Assembly: GCA_013824245.1 (NCBI GenBank) | Contig: PNNN01000049.1 | Span: 13,202-77,201, forward strand | Direction of reading: 5' to 3' | Length of the DNA stretch: 64,000 bases | From: Chlorobiaceae bacterium | GTDB taxonomy: Bacteria > Bacteroidota > Ignavibacteria > UBA10030 > SZUA-254 | Shown here: positions 40,439-50,301 of the stretch, one piece after another | How the letters are laid out: each line of letters starts with the position of its first letter | Position numbering within the stretch: the first letter of the stretch is position 1 | Translations under genes and position numbers: made by a program | Notes under the pieces: model-generated | Database searches by the model: none | The model's input: the letters and a program-made list of their open reading frames with translations, nothing else | What the model was told of the DNA's origin: nothing

Positions 40439-41239
40439 ATGGTAAAGCTTGTTGTTTCGATGATAATCTTTTTTTCAGTATGTGAATGTGGATTTGAAAA
40501 AAGCAGTTTAGGTGCTCGAGCGTATGGTATGGGTTGTGCGTTGACAGCCGACGTTGGAGATGTGTGGTCTATTGTGTCAAACCCGGCAGGAATTGCGTCA
40601 ATTGATAATATTAAATTTGGTTGTGCATACACTCCTCAGGTTCTTGGGATGTCGGAACTTTCCACACAAGCTGTTGTCGGAAATATTCCGGTTTCATTCG
40701 GAGTCTTCGGTTGTTTAATTCAAAGCTACGGATTCAAAATGTATAGAGAAATTACCGCGACTATTTCATACGGTGCAAATATCTCAGCCCTATTTCTCGG
40801 CATCAATCTGAATTATTATCATTTATCAATTGAGCGGTATGGTTCAAACGCAACTTTCGGATGCGATGCCGGAATTAATATTCCGCTTTCCGAAAAAATC
40901 AGGTGCGGCATGTCGACACGAAATATTAATTCACCCTCAATCGGAAAAGCGAAAGAAAAATTACCGCAATCGATTTCGTTAGGTGTAGATTACAAGCCGT
41001 TTGATAATTTGCAAATCGTTCTCGACGCTTATAAAGAAACATCATTCGATCCTTCACTACGTACCGGTATCGAGTATTGGCTCGTTGATGCTTTTGCAAT
41101 CCGGGCAGGTCTGATTGAATATCCGATGCAATATTCTGCGGGCTTTGGCATTCGCATATCGGTATTTCAAATCGATTATGCCTCCAACAGGCATATCGAT
41201 CTTGGCTGGACTCATACAATTTCATTGTCATTTTTCTGA
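40439..41239 (+). CDS. Outer-membrane beta-barrel protein, PorV/PorQ-like (tentative)
   Basis: N-terminal GARAYGMGCA...NPAGIA motif, alternating beta-strand pattern, terminal FF; GGAGG SD. Confidence 0.5.
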   Translation: MVKLVVSMIIFFSVCECGFEKSSLGARAYGMGCALTADVGDVWSIVSNPAGIASIDNIKFGCAYTPQVLGMSELSTQAVVGNIPVSFGVFGCLIQSYGFKMYREITATISYGANISALFLGINLNYYHLSIERYGSNATFGCDAGINIPLSEKIRCGMSTRNINSPSIGKAKEKLPQSISLGVDYKPFDNLQIVLDAYKETSFDPSLRTGIEYWLVDAFAIRAGLIEYPMQYSAGFGIRISVFQIDYASNRHIDLGWTHTISLSFF

Positions 41240-41251
41240 CGGAGGATCGGT

Positions 41252-43018
41252 ATGAAAATTATTTTGTTGATTATTATGACAATCGAGATTGTATCGATCT
41301 CATTCTCGCAATCCGATAATATGAATCAAACAGATTCTTTGGATATTGAAAATAGAATTGAAGAACAGGTTGAACAATCATCAACCTTGGATGACGATCC
41401 GACGACTGATCTAATCATAAAAAATAATCAAAGGGATGAATACAATATTTCCATCAGGAATAGAGTGAATTGGAATATGGATCGATCAGTAGGTTATATT
41501 CAAAAATCATATCGTGGTTCACAGCAAAAAATATATCATCGGCTTAAAACAAAAATCGGGAGATATGTTTCCGGTGGTATATTAACCGAAAAAGATCCCG
41601 GCGAATTGTATTATGCTGATTTTCTCAGTTTCAATATTGCCATAGAAGATTATGGCTCGCTAAATAAAGTTGTGGTCGGAGATTATGTTTTGAAAACCGG
41701 TATGGGACTTGTCTTTGGAGATTTGTACAGCATGGTGAAAGGATCCGACATCATTTCGCCGGTTTTGAGAAAAACGGATGTTGCACGAAGTTATCTATCG
41801 TCTGGCGAATCTGGTTTTTTTCGCGGTGCCGCTGTTGAATATTCTTCGGATATTTTAAACATAACAACCTTTATTTCCCACATAAGAAAAAGTGCATCAA
41901 TCGATTCGACAGGCAATGTTACGAGCATTTATTCGTCGGGATATTTCCGTACCGTAAATGAAATCTCTCAGCGGAATAACCTGTACGAAAAAATGTATGG
42001 CGCCCATTTAAAATTCAACGCAGGGAAAAGAGCTGTATTTGGTTTAACATTTTCTAGTAATTATTATTCGAACCCGATTGTTTTCGATGACGGAGAGAAG
42101 AGCATTGGGAAATCGAACTTGGCATACTCAGCAGATTATATTGTAACATCTTCTGCGACAACATTCTTCGGAGAGTGGGCTGTCGCTAACTTAACTTTAG
42201 CCGGAGTCAGCGGTATAAAAATATCCACCTACAACTCATTTTCGGTAGTTGCAACTTATCGTAATTATCCTTACAAATTTATATCGTTGCATGGTAATCC
42301 TTTCGGGGAAAAAGGATCGAATGAGAATGGAATGTATCTTGGACTTACCGCAAAAATATATCAGCAGGTGCGATTATCGATGTACGGAGATTTATTTCGT
42401 TTTAACGATTTGAATTCATCAAAATTTTCTAATACCGGTTCAGATATTTTCTCACAGATCGAATTGGGTATTGATAAATCAACTTTGATTTCCGTCAGAT
42501 ACCGTCGGAAGAAAAGTGAAGATAATTTTGATGTGTTTGATAATTACGGATTTATAAAATCGGTAGGTGGTGAAATACTTAAACAACAATTACGATTTAA
42601 TGTCGATCATTCAATTTCTAAAAATCTTCGTGTGAAAGGGAGGTATGAATATCGATTTCTGAAAAATGATTATCTGAAGAAAGAATCAGGAACATTGTTC
42701 ATGTGCGATGTTGTTTATTCAGTATCGCCATCTTTTTTTATAAACAACAGGGCAATCTATTACAAGACCGATTCATTCGACAGCGGAATTTATGAATTCG
42801 AAAGAGATCTCGAAGGAGTAATGACGCAACCGGTTTTGTATGGAAAAGGATTAAGATGGTATATTTTAATAAAATATAAACCGGTTGAGTCGGTTGAACT
42901 ATCGGCTAAATACTCAAACAACACAAGAGATGATTTGAATAAAATCGGAACGGGTGCCGATCAGCTTCCTGATAATATAGATGAGAGAATTGGAGTACAG
43001 ATGGATATCAGATTTTAG
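41252..43018 (+). CDS. Hypothetical large outer-membrane protein
   Basis: Signal peptide, beta-rich sequence, C-terminal ...MDIRF; GGAGG SD. No family was recognised. Confidence 0.55.
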   Translation: MKIILLIIMTIEIVSISFSQSDNMNQTDSLDIENRIEEQVEQSSTLDDDPTTDLIIKNNQRDEYNISIRNRVNWNMDRSVGYIQKSYRGSQQKIYHRLKTKIGRYVSGGILTEKDPGELYYADFLSFNIAIEDYGSLNKVVVGDYVLKTGMGLVFGDLYSMVKGSDIISPVLRKTDVARSYLSSGESGFFRGAAVEYSSDILNITTFISHIRKSASIDSTGNVTSIYSSGYFRTVNEISQRNNLYEKMYGAHLKFNAGKRAVFGLTFSSNYYSNPIVFDDGEKSIGKSNLAYSADYIVTSSATTFFGEWAVANLTLAGVSGIKISTYNSFSVVATYRNYPYKFISLHGNPFGEKGSNENGMYLGLTAKIYQQVRLSMYGDLFRFNDLNSSKFSNTGSDIFSQIELGIDKSTLISVRYRRKKSEDNFDVFDNYGFIKSVGGEILKQQLRFNVDHSISKNLRVKGRYEYRFLKNDYLKKESGTLFMCDVVYSVSPSFFINNRAIYYKTDSFDSGIYEFERDLEGVMTQPVLYGKGLRWYILIKYKPVESVELSAKYSNNTRDDLNKIGTGADQLPDNIDERIGVQMDIRF

Positions 43019-43067
43019 ATTTCGGATTATGGTTTTCCGATTTTAGACAACAATAGCCAATCACATT
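43012..43067. repeat. Drifting heptamer tract starting on the stop codon of 41252..43018
   Basis: GATTTTA GATTTCG GATTATG GTTTTCC GATTTTA GACAACA ATAGCCA ATCACAT. Confidence 0.65.
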
Positions 43068-43109
43068 TTTTGTTCCTCTATTAAAATTTATCTATCTTAA
43101 AATAAATCT

Positions 43110-44216
43110 ATGACTAAATCGAATAAAAATAAAACCGTAGTTATCGCTATGAGCGGCGGGGTGGATTCTTCTGTGGCAGCCGCGATTTTAGTTGAACAAG
43201 GATACAACGTAATTGGTATTACAATGAAGATGTTCAACTTCGAAGAAGTTGGCGGGAATGTTCATCGCGAGGCAAGTTGCTGCGGGCTTGATGCATTCAA
43301 CGATGCCCGGATGGTTGCGGTGAGTTTGGGAATTCCGCATTACATACTTGATTTTTCGGAGCAATTTGGGCGTGAAGTGATTGATAATTTTGTTGATGAA
43401 TATCAAAATGGGCGAACCCCCAATCCGTGCGTGGTGTGCAATCAGAAAATCAAATGGAGCGAATTGTTGAAAAAAGCCGATGCGCTTAATGCTGAATTCA
43501 TTGCAACCGGACATTACGCGCGTGTTGAATATAATCATGAATCAAAAAGATATAATTTGCATCGATCTAAAGATGCGGACAAAGATCAAACATACGCCTT
43601 GTGGGGATTGAGTCAAGAATCTTTGCGGCGGACAATCTTCCCGCTCGCAGATATGACGAAGAAGGAAGTGCGCTCATTCGCTTCATCGAGGGGGATTAAA
43701 ACCGCTACTAAAGAAGAAAGTTTTGAGATTTGTTTTGTCGCGGATAACGATTATCGTCGGTTTCTTAAAGAACAGTTTGCACGTTCAGGAGTGAACCCGG
43801 AACCGGGTGATTTATTGTTCAATGGGAAAATAGTTGGCGAGCATGATGGTACACCATTTTATACAATTGGTCAGCGAAGCGGCATTGGTGCGCATGGTGA
43901 GAAAGTATATGTAACAGAGATTGATCCCGAAAGTAATTCAGTCCATATCGGCAAAAATCATGATTTGATGAAGACTGAATTGGTGGCTAAAAATATTAAT
44001 CTAATAAGCTTGGAAAAAATAAACGGAGAGATACCAGTGCAGGCGATGGTTAGATATAAGGATACGCCCGCTCAGGCAACTGTGAGGGCGGCAGCCGATG
44101 GAAAAATTCGTGTTGTCTTCGATGCGCCGAAGCGTGCAATAACTCCCGGTCAATCGTTAGTAATGTACGACGGAGACAAAGTTGTGGGTGGCGGTGTAAT
44201 TGAAGCAGCACTTTAA
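43110..44216 (+). CDS. mnmA: tRNA 2-thiouridine(34) synthase
   Basis: PP-loop AMSGGVDSS; NPCVVCN motif. Confidence 0.93.
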   Translation: MTKSNKNKTVVIAMSGGVDSSVAAAILVEQGYNVIGITMKMFNFEEVGGNVHREASCCGLDAFNDARMVAVSLGIPHYILDFSEQFGREVIDNFVDEYQNGRTPNPCVVCNQKIKWSELLKKADALNAEFIATGHYARVEYNHESKRYNLHRSKDADKDQTYALWGLSQESLRRTIFPLADMTKKEVRSFASSRGIKTATKEESFEICFVADNDYRRFLKEQFARSGVNPEPGDLLFNGKIVGEHDGTPFYTIGQRSGIGAHGEKVYVTEIDPESNSVHIGKNHDLMKTELVAKNINLISLEKINGEIPVQAMVRYKDTPAQATVRAAADGKIRVVFDAPKRAITPGQSLVMYDGDKVVGGGVIEAAL

Positions 44217-44284
44217 TAACACAAATGCGCTGGTGATTGTAAAATCCACTTAACAAATCTGTGAATAGTATTTTTATTTATTTC

Positions 44285-44313
44285 TTGACATCCACATCAT
44301 CTTTCCCTATATT
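44285..44313 (+). promoter_or_regulatory. sigma70-like promoter TTGACA-N17-TATATT
   Basis: TTGACA at 44285-44290, TATATT at 44308-44313, ~37 nt before the carboxyltransferase ATG. Confidence 0.5.
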
Positions 44314-44349
44314 TCCCTTCACCAATATAACAAATACTAAAGGCGATTT

Positions 44350-45909
44350 ATGTCTAAACAAAATAAGTCTGAAAGATTAGAGCAATTACACCAGCTAAAA
44401 GAAAAATCTCTTCATGGTGGAGGTGAAAAAAGAATTGAAGACCAGCACAACAAAGGTAAGCTAACTGCCAGAGAGCGGCTCGAAATTTTGTTGGATAGGA
44501 ATAGCTTTCTGGAGGTTGATGCTCTGGTAGAACATCGCTCGTATGATTTTGGACTCGAGAAGCAAAAGATATTGGGTGACGGTGTTGTTACAGGAACCGG
44601 AACAATTGATGGCCGCTTGGTTTTTGTTTTCAGTCAGGATTTTACCGTCTTTGGCGGATCGCTTTCCGAGGCACATGCAGAAAAAATTTGCAAGATAATG
44701 GATATGGCTTTAAAAGTCGGCGCTCCTGTTATTGGATTGAATGATTCGGGTGGTGCTCGAATTCAAGAAGGTGTTGTAAGTCTTGGCGGTTACGCCGATA
44801 TATTTTTACGCAACACACTTGCTTCGGGAGTCATTCCACAAATCTCGGCAATCATGGGACCCTGCGCAGGCGGCGCTGTTTATTCTCCGGCAATTACCGA
44901 TTTCACTTTCATGGTGAAGAATACAAGTTATATGTTTGTTACCGGGCCAAATGTGGTGAAGACTGTAACCCACGAAGATGTTTCGTTCGAAAATCTCGGT
45001 GGTGCAATCACTCATGCGACAAAATCGGGTGTTGCGCATTTTGCTTGCGAAAACGAAGGTGAGTGTTTGTTGGCGATACGAAAACTTGTAAGTTTTCTTC
45101 CATCGAATAATTTAGATGACACACCGCTGTTAAAATCAAAAGATGATCCAAACCGAAGTGATGAAAAACTGAACTTTATCGTACCGGAGAATCCAAATAA
45201 GCCGTACGACATGAAGGAAGTCATCAAAGTCATTGTTGATGATAGCGATTTTTTTGAAGTCCATCAATTGTATGCTCAGAATATAATTGTCGGGTTTGCC
45301 CGACTTGGCGGTAGGTCCGTCGGAATTATAGCAAATCAACCCTCCGTGCTTGCCGGAGTGCTTGATAACGATTCATCTATGAAAGGTGCGCGCTTTGTGC
45401 GTTTCTGCGATGCATTTAGTATTCCGATTCTGGTATTAGAAGATGTTCCGGGTTTTTTACCCGGTACAGATCAAGAGTGGCGGGGAATAATCAAGAATGG
45501 TGCTAAATTGCTCTACGCTTTTTGCGAGGCAACAGTTCCAAAAGTAACAGTTATTACTCGCAAGGCATACGGCGGCGCATACGACGTGATGAACTCGAAA
45601 CATATTCGCGGTGATTTCAATTTTGCATGGCCCACTGCCGAAATTGCGGTAATGGGACCTCAAGGCGCTGTTGAAATAATATTCAAAAAGGAGATCGAAA
45701 AAGCTGAAGATAAACAGAAAGCCATCGCGGAAAAAGTAGATGAGTATCGTACAAAGTTCGCCAACCCATATATTGCCGCCGCTCGCGGTTATCTCGATGA
45801 TATAATCGAACCACGCGAGACTCGTTCCCGCTTAATTAAAGTGTTTCAAATATTAGAGAACAAAGTTGATTCAAATCCAAAGAAAAAGCATGGAAATATA
45901 CCGCTCTAA
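44350..45909 (+). CDS. Acyl-CoA carboxylase carboxyltransferase subunit (propionyl-CoA carboxylase beta / methylmalonyl-CoA decarboxylase alpha family)
   Basis: 519 aa with both crotonase-like halves and motifs such as GGARIQEG and RKAYGGAY. Confidence 0.88.
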   Translation: MSKQNKSERLEQLHQLKEKSLHGGGEKRIEDQHNKGKLTARERLEILLDRNSFLEVDALVEHRSYDFGLEKQKILGDGVVTGTGTIDGRLVFVFSQDFTVFGGSLSEAHAEKICKIMDMALKVGAPVIGLNDSGGARIQEGVVSLGGYADIFLRNTLASGVIPQISAIMGPCAGGAVYSPAITDFTFMVKNTSYMFVTGPNVVKTVTHEDVSFENLGGAITHATKSGVAHFACENEGECLLAIRKLVSFLPSNNLDDTPLLKSKDDPNRSDEKLNFIVPENPNKPYDMKEVIKVIVDDSDFFEVHQLYAQNIIVGFARLGGRSVGIIANQPSVLAGVLDNDSSMKGARFVRFCDAFSIPILVLEDVPGFLPGTDQEWRGIIKNGAKLLYAFCEATVPKVTVITRKAYGGAYDVMNSKHIRGDFNFAWPTAEIAVMGPQGAVEIIFKKEIEKAEDKQKAIAEKVDEYRTKFANPYIAAARGYLDDIIEPRETRSRLIKVFQILENKVDSNPKKKHGNIPL

Positions 45910-45942
45910 TATGAGATTTATCACTTCTCCTTGAAAAAGTGC

Positions 45943-45971
45943 TTGACATTTTCCCCTAAAACCCCTATATT
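45943..45971 (+). promoter_or_regulatory. sigma70-like promoter TTGACA-N17-TATATT
   Basis: TTGACA at 45943-45948, TATATT at 45966-45971, upstream of the MltD-like gene. Confidence 0.5.
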
Positions 45972-46015
45972 TTCAACAGCTATAAATTAAGTGAAACGAA
46001 AATATCGGGTATTTA

Positions 46016-48199
46016 TTGAATAAGATAACTGTTGTAATATTGCTTGTTTTAGTTTTGTTTGGTTGTTCGACTGAGAAATCGCTCAGATCGCCCGATCAAT
46101 CATTGCCACCTAACCTCCCCCCAATTAATGCCGCCTTCATAGACACATTATCGAAGGAAGAGATGGGATCGGCAATTAATGATAGTTTGATTGCAGATTC
46201 TACTTATGACGAATTAACCGGACAATTACTTGAAGCGGCACGCCAACATTACCTGAACGCATTAAATGCCGAGCAAGTTGGTGATTCTATTCAAAGCGTC
46301 AGTGAATTTGAATATGCTATCGGAATTTTAAACGAGCTTGCATTCTATTCAAATATTGAAAACAACCCGGATTTTAACGACCTATCTCATAGTCTTGTAG
46401 AAGATTATGAAAAATATATTGCTAATATCGATAGTTTAGGGTCTCAAACATCAATTTTTGCACTACGGCAAAAATTAAATGAACTTGATGAGTCACAGCC
46501 GGGTCAGGGTCAGGACGAAGATGCAACAATAAAAGTTATAACTACAACTTCTGTTCCGCTTGTTATTAACGGTCATGTTGAGAAGAATATAGAATTTTTC
46601 TGTGGTAAGGGAAGAAGACATTTTGAACATTGGTTGTACAAAGGCGGTTTCTATTTTCCGATGATGAGAAAAATCTTTAGGGAAGAAGGAGTACCGGAAG
46701 AGCTAATGCATCTTTCGATGGTTGAAAGCGGCTTGAATCCGATTGCCCGTTCGTGGGCGAAAGCAGTTGGAATATGGCAATTCATTAAAGGCACAGGGAA
46801 GTTGTACGGACTTCAGGGAAATTTTTGGTTTGATGAAAGAAGAGATTTTGAAAAAGCAACTAAAGCGGCGGCTCGTCATCTTAAAGATCTGTACACTGAA
46901 TTTGGGGATTGGTATTTAGCGCTTGCTGCGTACAATTCTGGAGCCGGAAGAGTTTTTCGCGCGATAAGAAAAAGCGGTTCAAAAGATTTTTGGAAACTAC
47001 GACCCTTCCTTCCAAAAGAAACAAGAAATTATGTTCCGCAATATATCGCTGTTACGGCGATGGCGCTTGATCCGGAAGGATATGGATTTTCCGTGGTTCC
47101 TTCAGAATCGTTAGCGTTTGATTATGTGAATGTTGATGGTTCGCTAGATTTGTCTGTCCTCGCGAAATGTGCCGATACGGATGTGGGAACTTTAAAAGAT
47201 TTAAACCCGGAATTATTACGCTGGTGTACGCCACCCGGTATGAATGATTATAAACTCAGAATCCCTGCTGGGAAACAATCAATCTTTTCAGAAAACTATA
47301 CTGCTATCCCATCGAGCGAAAAACGCGATTGGATCGTTCACAAAGTCCGCAAGCGCGAATCGCTTGCGTCCATCGCGAAACGATATGGAATTACAAGCGA
47401 TATGATTGTTGAAGCAAATAGATTACCTTCTAAAGCAATAAAGGCAGGAAAAGAGTTGATAATTCCCGTCCCAGAGACTGCGAATAAATATCTCGCTTCG
47501 ATCACCGATGAAAGCAGTGACAAAAGAGGGAAGTCCAATAGTGTAGAGCGCGTTAATATATCGGAGAGAAAAAAAGGGAAATCGAAAATTTCGTATCGTA
47601 TTCGCAAAGGAGATACACTTGGAAAGTTAGCCGAGTGGTTCGATGTTCGTATCTCTGATCTTAGGATTTGGAATGGAATTCCTTACGGAAGCTCAATAAG
47701 GGCAGGCGGAAAATTGACAATGTGGGTACCCAAAGAACGCGCGGAAGAAGTTACTAGCTTGAGCAACGCATCAGAAATTGAACACGATAAAATGCTTTCA
47801 TCTGGCGAAATGGAATCAAAAAGATATTCGGAAAAAAAACATGCCGGTTCTTATTGGGCAAAATATAAAATCAAATCCGGCGATAACCTCGGAAGCATAG
47901 CGAAAAAGTATGGTGTAGCAATCGAAGACCTTAGAAAATGGAACGGTTTTACTTCCTCATCGATTCAGGCAGGACAGATTATCGAAGTATTGATCGAAGG
48001 AAATGGCTCAACTTCATCCATGGCGGCAGCAAGTGATACAGGCAAAAATAAAAAAGGAGTTACTTACACGGTGAGACGCGGGGACACGCTTGAAAAAATC
48101 GCCTCAACATTCGGAGTTACCATCGAACAACTACGCAACTGGAATAAACTTCGGACATCAAGAATAGTTATTGGGCAAGAGTTGTTCATCAATTCATAA
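46016..48199 (+). CDS. mltD: MltD-like membrane-bound lytic murein transglycosylase with multiple LysM domains
   Basis: TTG start, lipobox LFGC, SLT core (MVESGLNP...AVGIWQF...AYNSGAG), then four LysM-like repeats (H/Y.V..G..L..IA..Y). Confidence 0.8.
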   Translation: MNKITVVILLVLVLFGCSTEKSLRSPDQSLPPNLPPINAAFIDTLSKEEMGSAINDSLIADSTYDELTGQLLEAARQHYLNALNAEQVGDSIQSVSEFEYAIGILNELAFYSNIENNPDFNDLSHSLVEDYEKYIANIDSLGSQTSIFALRQKLNELDESQPGQGQDEDATIKVITTTSVPLVINGHVEKNIEFFCGKGRRHFEHWLYKGGFYFPMMRKIFREEGVPEELMHLSMVESGLNPIARSWAKAVGIWQFIKGTGKLYGLQGNFWFDERRDFEKATKAAARHLKDLYTEFGDWYLALAAYNSGAGRVFRAIRKSGSKDFWKLRPFLPKETRNYVPQYIAVTAMALDPEGYGFSVVPSESLAFDYVNVDGSLDLSVLAKCADTDVGTLKDLNPELLRWCTPPGMNDYKLRIPAGKQSIFSENYTAIPSSEKRDWIVHKVRKRESLASIAKRYGITSDMIVEANRLPSKAIKAGKELIIPVPETANKYLASITDESSDKRGKSNSVERVNISERKKGKSKISYRIRKGDTLGKLAEWFDVRISDLRIWNGIPYGSSIRAGGKLTMWVPKERAEEVTSLSNASEIEHDKMLSSGEMESKRYSEKKHAGSYWAKYKIKSGDNLGSIAKKYGVAIEDLRKWNGFTSSSIQAGQIIEVLIEGNGSTSSMAAASDTGKNKKGVTYTVRRGDTLEKIASTFGVTIEQLRNWNKLRTSRIVIGQELFINS

Positions 48200-48310
48200 T
48201 ATTTATCCCATCTAGAGTTTTCGCTCATTCACTTAGTTATTGTTTTTCTTCCCCATTTTTTGTAGATTATCAAAGCATTTTCAATACTCGTTATTCTTTT
48301 TTTACTTTTT

Positions 48311-48340
48311 TGCGCCGGAGGCGCATCCGCCTCCGGCGGA
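48311..48340. repeat. Two tandem 15-nt GC-rich mini-hairpins (may act as the mltD terminator)
   Basis: TGCGCC-GGA-GGCGCA then TCCGCC-TCC-GGCGGA, between a T-run and AATTTTT. They can alternatively fold as one 11-bp stem, CGCCGGAGGCG-CATC-CGCCTCCGGCG. Confidence 0.7.
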
Positions 48341-48356
48341 AATTTTTAATTGATCC

Positions 48357-48479
48357 GGAAAGGTGTCTGAGTTCCGCCAAAAGAATGGCGGATAAAGGTT
48401 GTCCCGAAGGGATTCCTTCGGAAAAAGATCCGGTCTCTTAGCTGTTAAAACAGGTGAAAAAGTTAGCGCAGAAGATTGG
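48357..48479 (+). pseudogene. Degenerate tRNA-Ser 5' portion (acceptor 5' strand through anticodon arm) with hairpin inserts in the D-loop and anticodon loop
   Basis: GGAAAGGTGTCTGAGT [TCCGCC-N8-GGCGGA] TAAAGGTTG [TCCCGAAGG-GATT-CCTTCGGA] AAAAGATCCGGTCTC [insert] GAAGATTGG, versus live-gene GGAGAGGTGTCTGAGTGGTTGAAAGAGCCGGTCTCGAAAACCGG. Confidence 0.7.
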
Positions 48480-48573
48480 CATACGTTTTTGATAAAATGT
48501 GTTGAACAATAGGGTTTCGTTTCTAAAGAAAAGATGTATATTTTTACTTTTTCATTTTTACTTTTTAATTGTT

Positions 48574-48632
48574 GGAGAGGTGTCTGAGTGGTTGAAAGAG
48601 CCGGTCTCGAAAACCGGTGTAGGCGCAAGTCT
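48574..48632 (+). pseudogene. Clean 59-nt copy of tRNA-Ser(CGA) nt 1-59 (left attachment-site repeat of the island)
   Basis: Identical to 55824-55882. Identity stops inside the variable arm, and the integrase gene follows 88 nt later. Confidence 0.85.
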
Positions 48633-48673
48633 TATTCACTTTCTAATTTGATTTTCCGCATTTAAAATTCCTC

Positions 48674-48694
48674 TGGTTACCAATGTGGTTACCA
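48674..48694 (+). promoter_or_regulatory. Direct TGGTTACCA repeats (candidate integrase arm-type sites)
   Basis: TGGTTACCA at 48674-48682 and 48686-48694. Related GTGGTTGC / TGGTTACC motifs lie at 55751-55771 near the other island end. Confidence 0.35.
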
Positions 48695-48719
48695 CTTGCC
48701 TTGAAAAGCGAGGTTCACC

Positions 48720-49739
48720 ATGTTTCTTTCTAAGCGTTCCAACGGTATCTACTATCTCTGGTATTTTGATGAAGGTGGTAGAAAACATAAAGTTTCTACG
48801 GGCTGTAATCTCAAATCCGATGCTGTTAAGTTTCTCAGAGATTTTAATGAGAATGCTTCTTACCGAAAATCCCGCATTACTCTTAAAACCCTCAAAGAAT
48901 TTCATTCCGATTATCAAACATATTCAAAAAGTGTTCATACCTTAAAAACTCAACAATCGATTGATAGTGCATTTAGAGAGCTTCAAAGGATTGTAGGTGA
49001 TATAATGCATAATAAAATCGGAATTCGTGAAATAGAAAGCTTCCTTGCTCAAAAGAAAGCTGAAGCATCTGAGTGGACAGCAAGAAAATATTATATCTCT
49101 CTTGCAAGTGCTTTCGAAACAGCGAAGCGGTGGAATTACATTTCAATAAATCCATTTCGTAAAGTTCAAAAACCCAAAACAAGTGAGGTTCAACCTGTAT
49201 ATCTCAATAAAGAGGATATGACATCTTTGCTGGGAAAAGTAACCGATATCCAATGCAAGAATTTATTTCTGGTAGCTGTATTGACTGGATTAAGGCTTGG
49301 TGAGCTTCTAAATCTTCAATGGAGCGATATAGATTTGATTAAAAAAGTTATCTACATAAAGAACAGAGAAACCTTTTCAACCAAGAACCGGAAAAATAGA
49401 GTTGCTCCAATAAATGAACAACTTCTCAACGTACTTATTTTAATGAAAGAGAATGCAAGTTCCGAAATCGTTTTCCATTCTAAGGGGAAACATCTCAAGC
49501 CAAATTGGATTTCAAAAGCGTTTAAAGGTTATGTTCTTAAAACTGGATTAAATGAGAAACTCCACTTCCACAGCTTACGGCATACATTTGCTTCATGGTT
49601 AGTTCAGGATGGAGTTTCTTTGTACGAGGTGCAGAAGTTACTTGGGCATTCAAATATATCGGTTACTCAGGTCTATTCTCATTTACAGCCGGAAACATTA
49701 CACTCAACTGTGAATAAGATTTCTTTGCAATTAAATTGA
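48720..49739 (+). CDS. int: Tyrosine recombinase / phage-type integrase
   Basis: C-terminal catalytic region with RLGELLNL ... HSLRHTFASWL ... LLGHSNISVTQVYSH (R, H-x-x-R, H, Y). Confidence 0.92.
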   Translation: MFLSKRSNGIYYLWYFDEGGRKHKVSTGCNLKSDAVKFLRDFNENASYRKSRITLKTLKEFHSDYQTYSKSVHTLKTQQSIDSAFRELQRIVGDIMHNKIGIREIESFLAQKKAEASEWTARKYYISLASAFETAKRWNYISINPFRKVQKPKTSEVQPVYLNKEDMTSLLGKVTDIQCKNLFLVAVLTGLRLGELLNLQWSDIDLIKKVIYIKNRETFSTKNRKNRVAPINEQLLNVLILMKENASSEIVFHSKGKHLKPNWISKAFKGYVLKTGLNEKLHFHSLRHTFASWLVQDGVSLYEVQKLLGHSNISVTQVYSHLQPETLHSTVNKISLQLN

Positions 49740-49851
49740 TTTACTTCCTGAATATTTGTACATTTTGGGGAATTTATATTCTCACAAATGTTCACTGAGT
49801 TATTATATCAAACTTTAAATTTATCTTGGGGATAAATAGGAAAGGTAAAAT

Positions 49852-50265
49852 ATGAAGTATTTTTTAAGTGTAATATCAGCGATTATGGTTCTATTGGTTA
49901 GTTGTTCAAAAGAACCAACTGTTGGAGAATGGTACGAACATATACCAACCAAGGAGAGAGTTAAGGTTGAATTTGTCGGAGATGGGTTTGCTGTTGGGAA
50001 AAAGTATTTATGGAAGTTGGAGTTGGCAAAAGAACATAGAGATAAAATGGTTCACGAACTTGATAGTCTTAATACCCTGCTTTTTTGTGATGAAGGCGAT
50101 AAAGAATGGCGTTTAAAATTCTACAATGAAGACTTGGAGGAATGTGCGCTCTGGGATGTCGGCAGTTCAGATAAAAGATATGTAGTTGTAAATCTCAAAT
50201 TGTTTCATCTCAAATTGTTTTCTTTGGAGAAATTCAATGCAGATTTTGCAAGGATACTTCGATGA
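49852..50265 (+). CDS. Hypothetical lipoprotein (island cargo)
   Basis: Lipobox LVSC; 137 aa. Confidence 0.6.
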   Translation: MKYFLSVISAIMVLLVSCSKEPTVGEWYEHIPTKERVKVEFVGDGFAVGKKYLWKLELAKEHRDKMVHELDSLNTLLFCDEGDKEWRLKFYNEDLEECALWDVGSSDKRYVVVNLKLFHLKLFSLEKFNADFARILR

Positions 50266-50301
50266 AAAAGAAAAACAAATCATTCAAGCGGAGGTAAAAA
50301 T

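Noticed and set aside
48302-48628. 108-aa minus-strand ORF covering the region between mltD and the integrase
   Set aside because: It is the antisense translation of the GC-rich mini-hairpins and two tRNA-Ser-derived segments. It has no SD and no protein-like composition.
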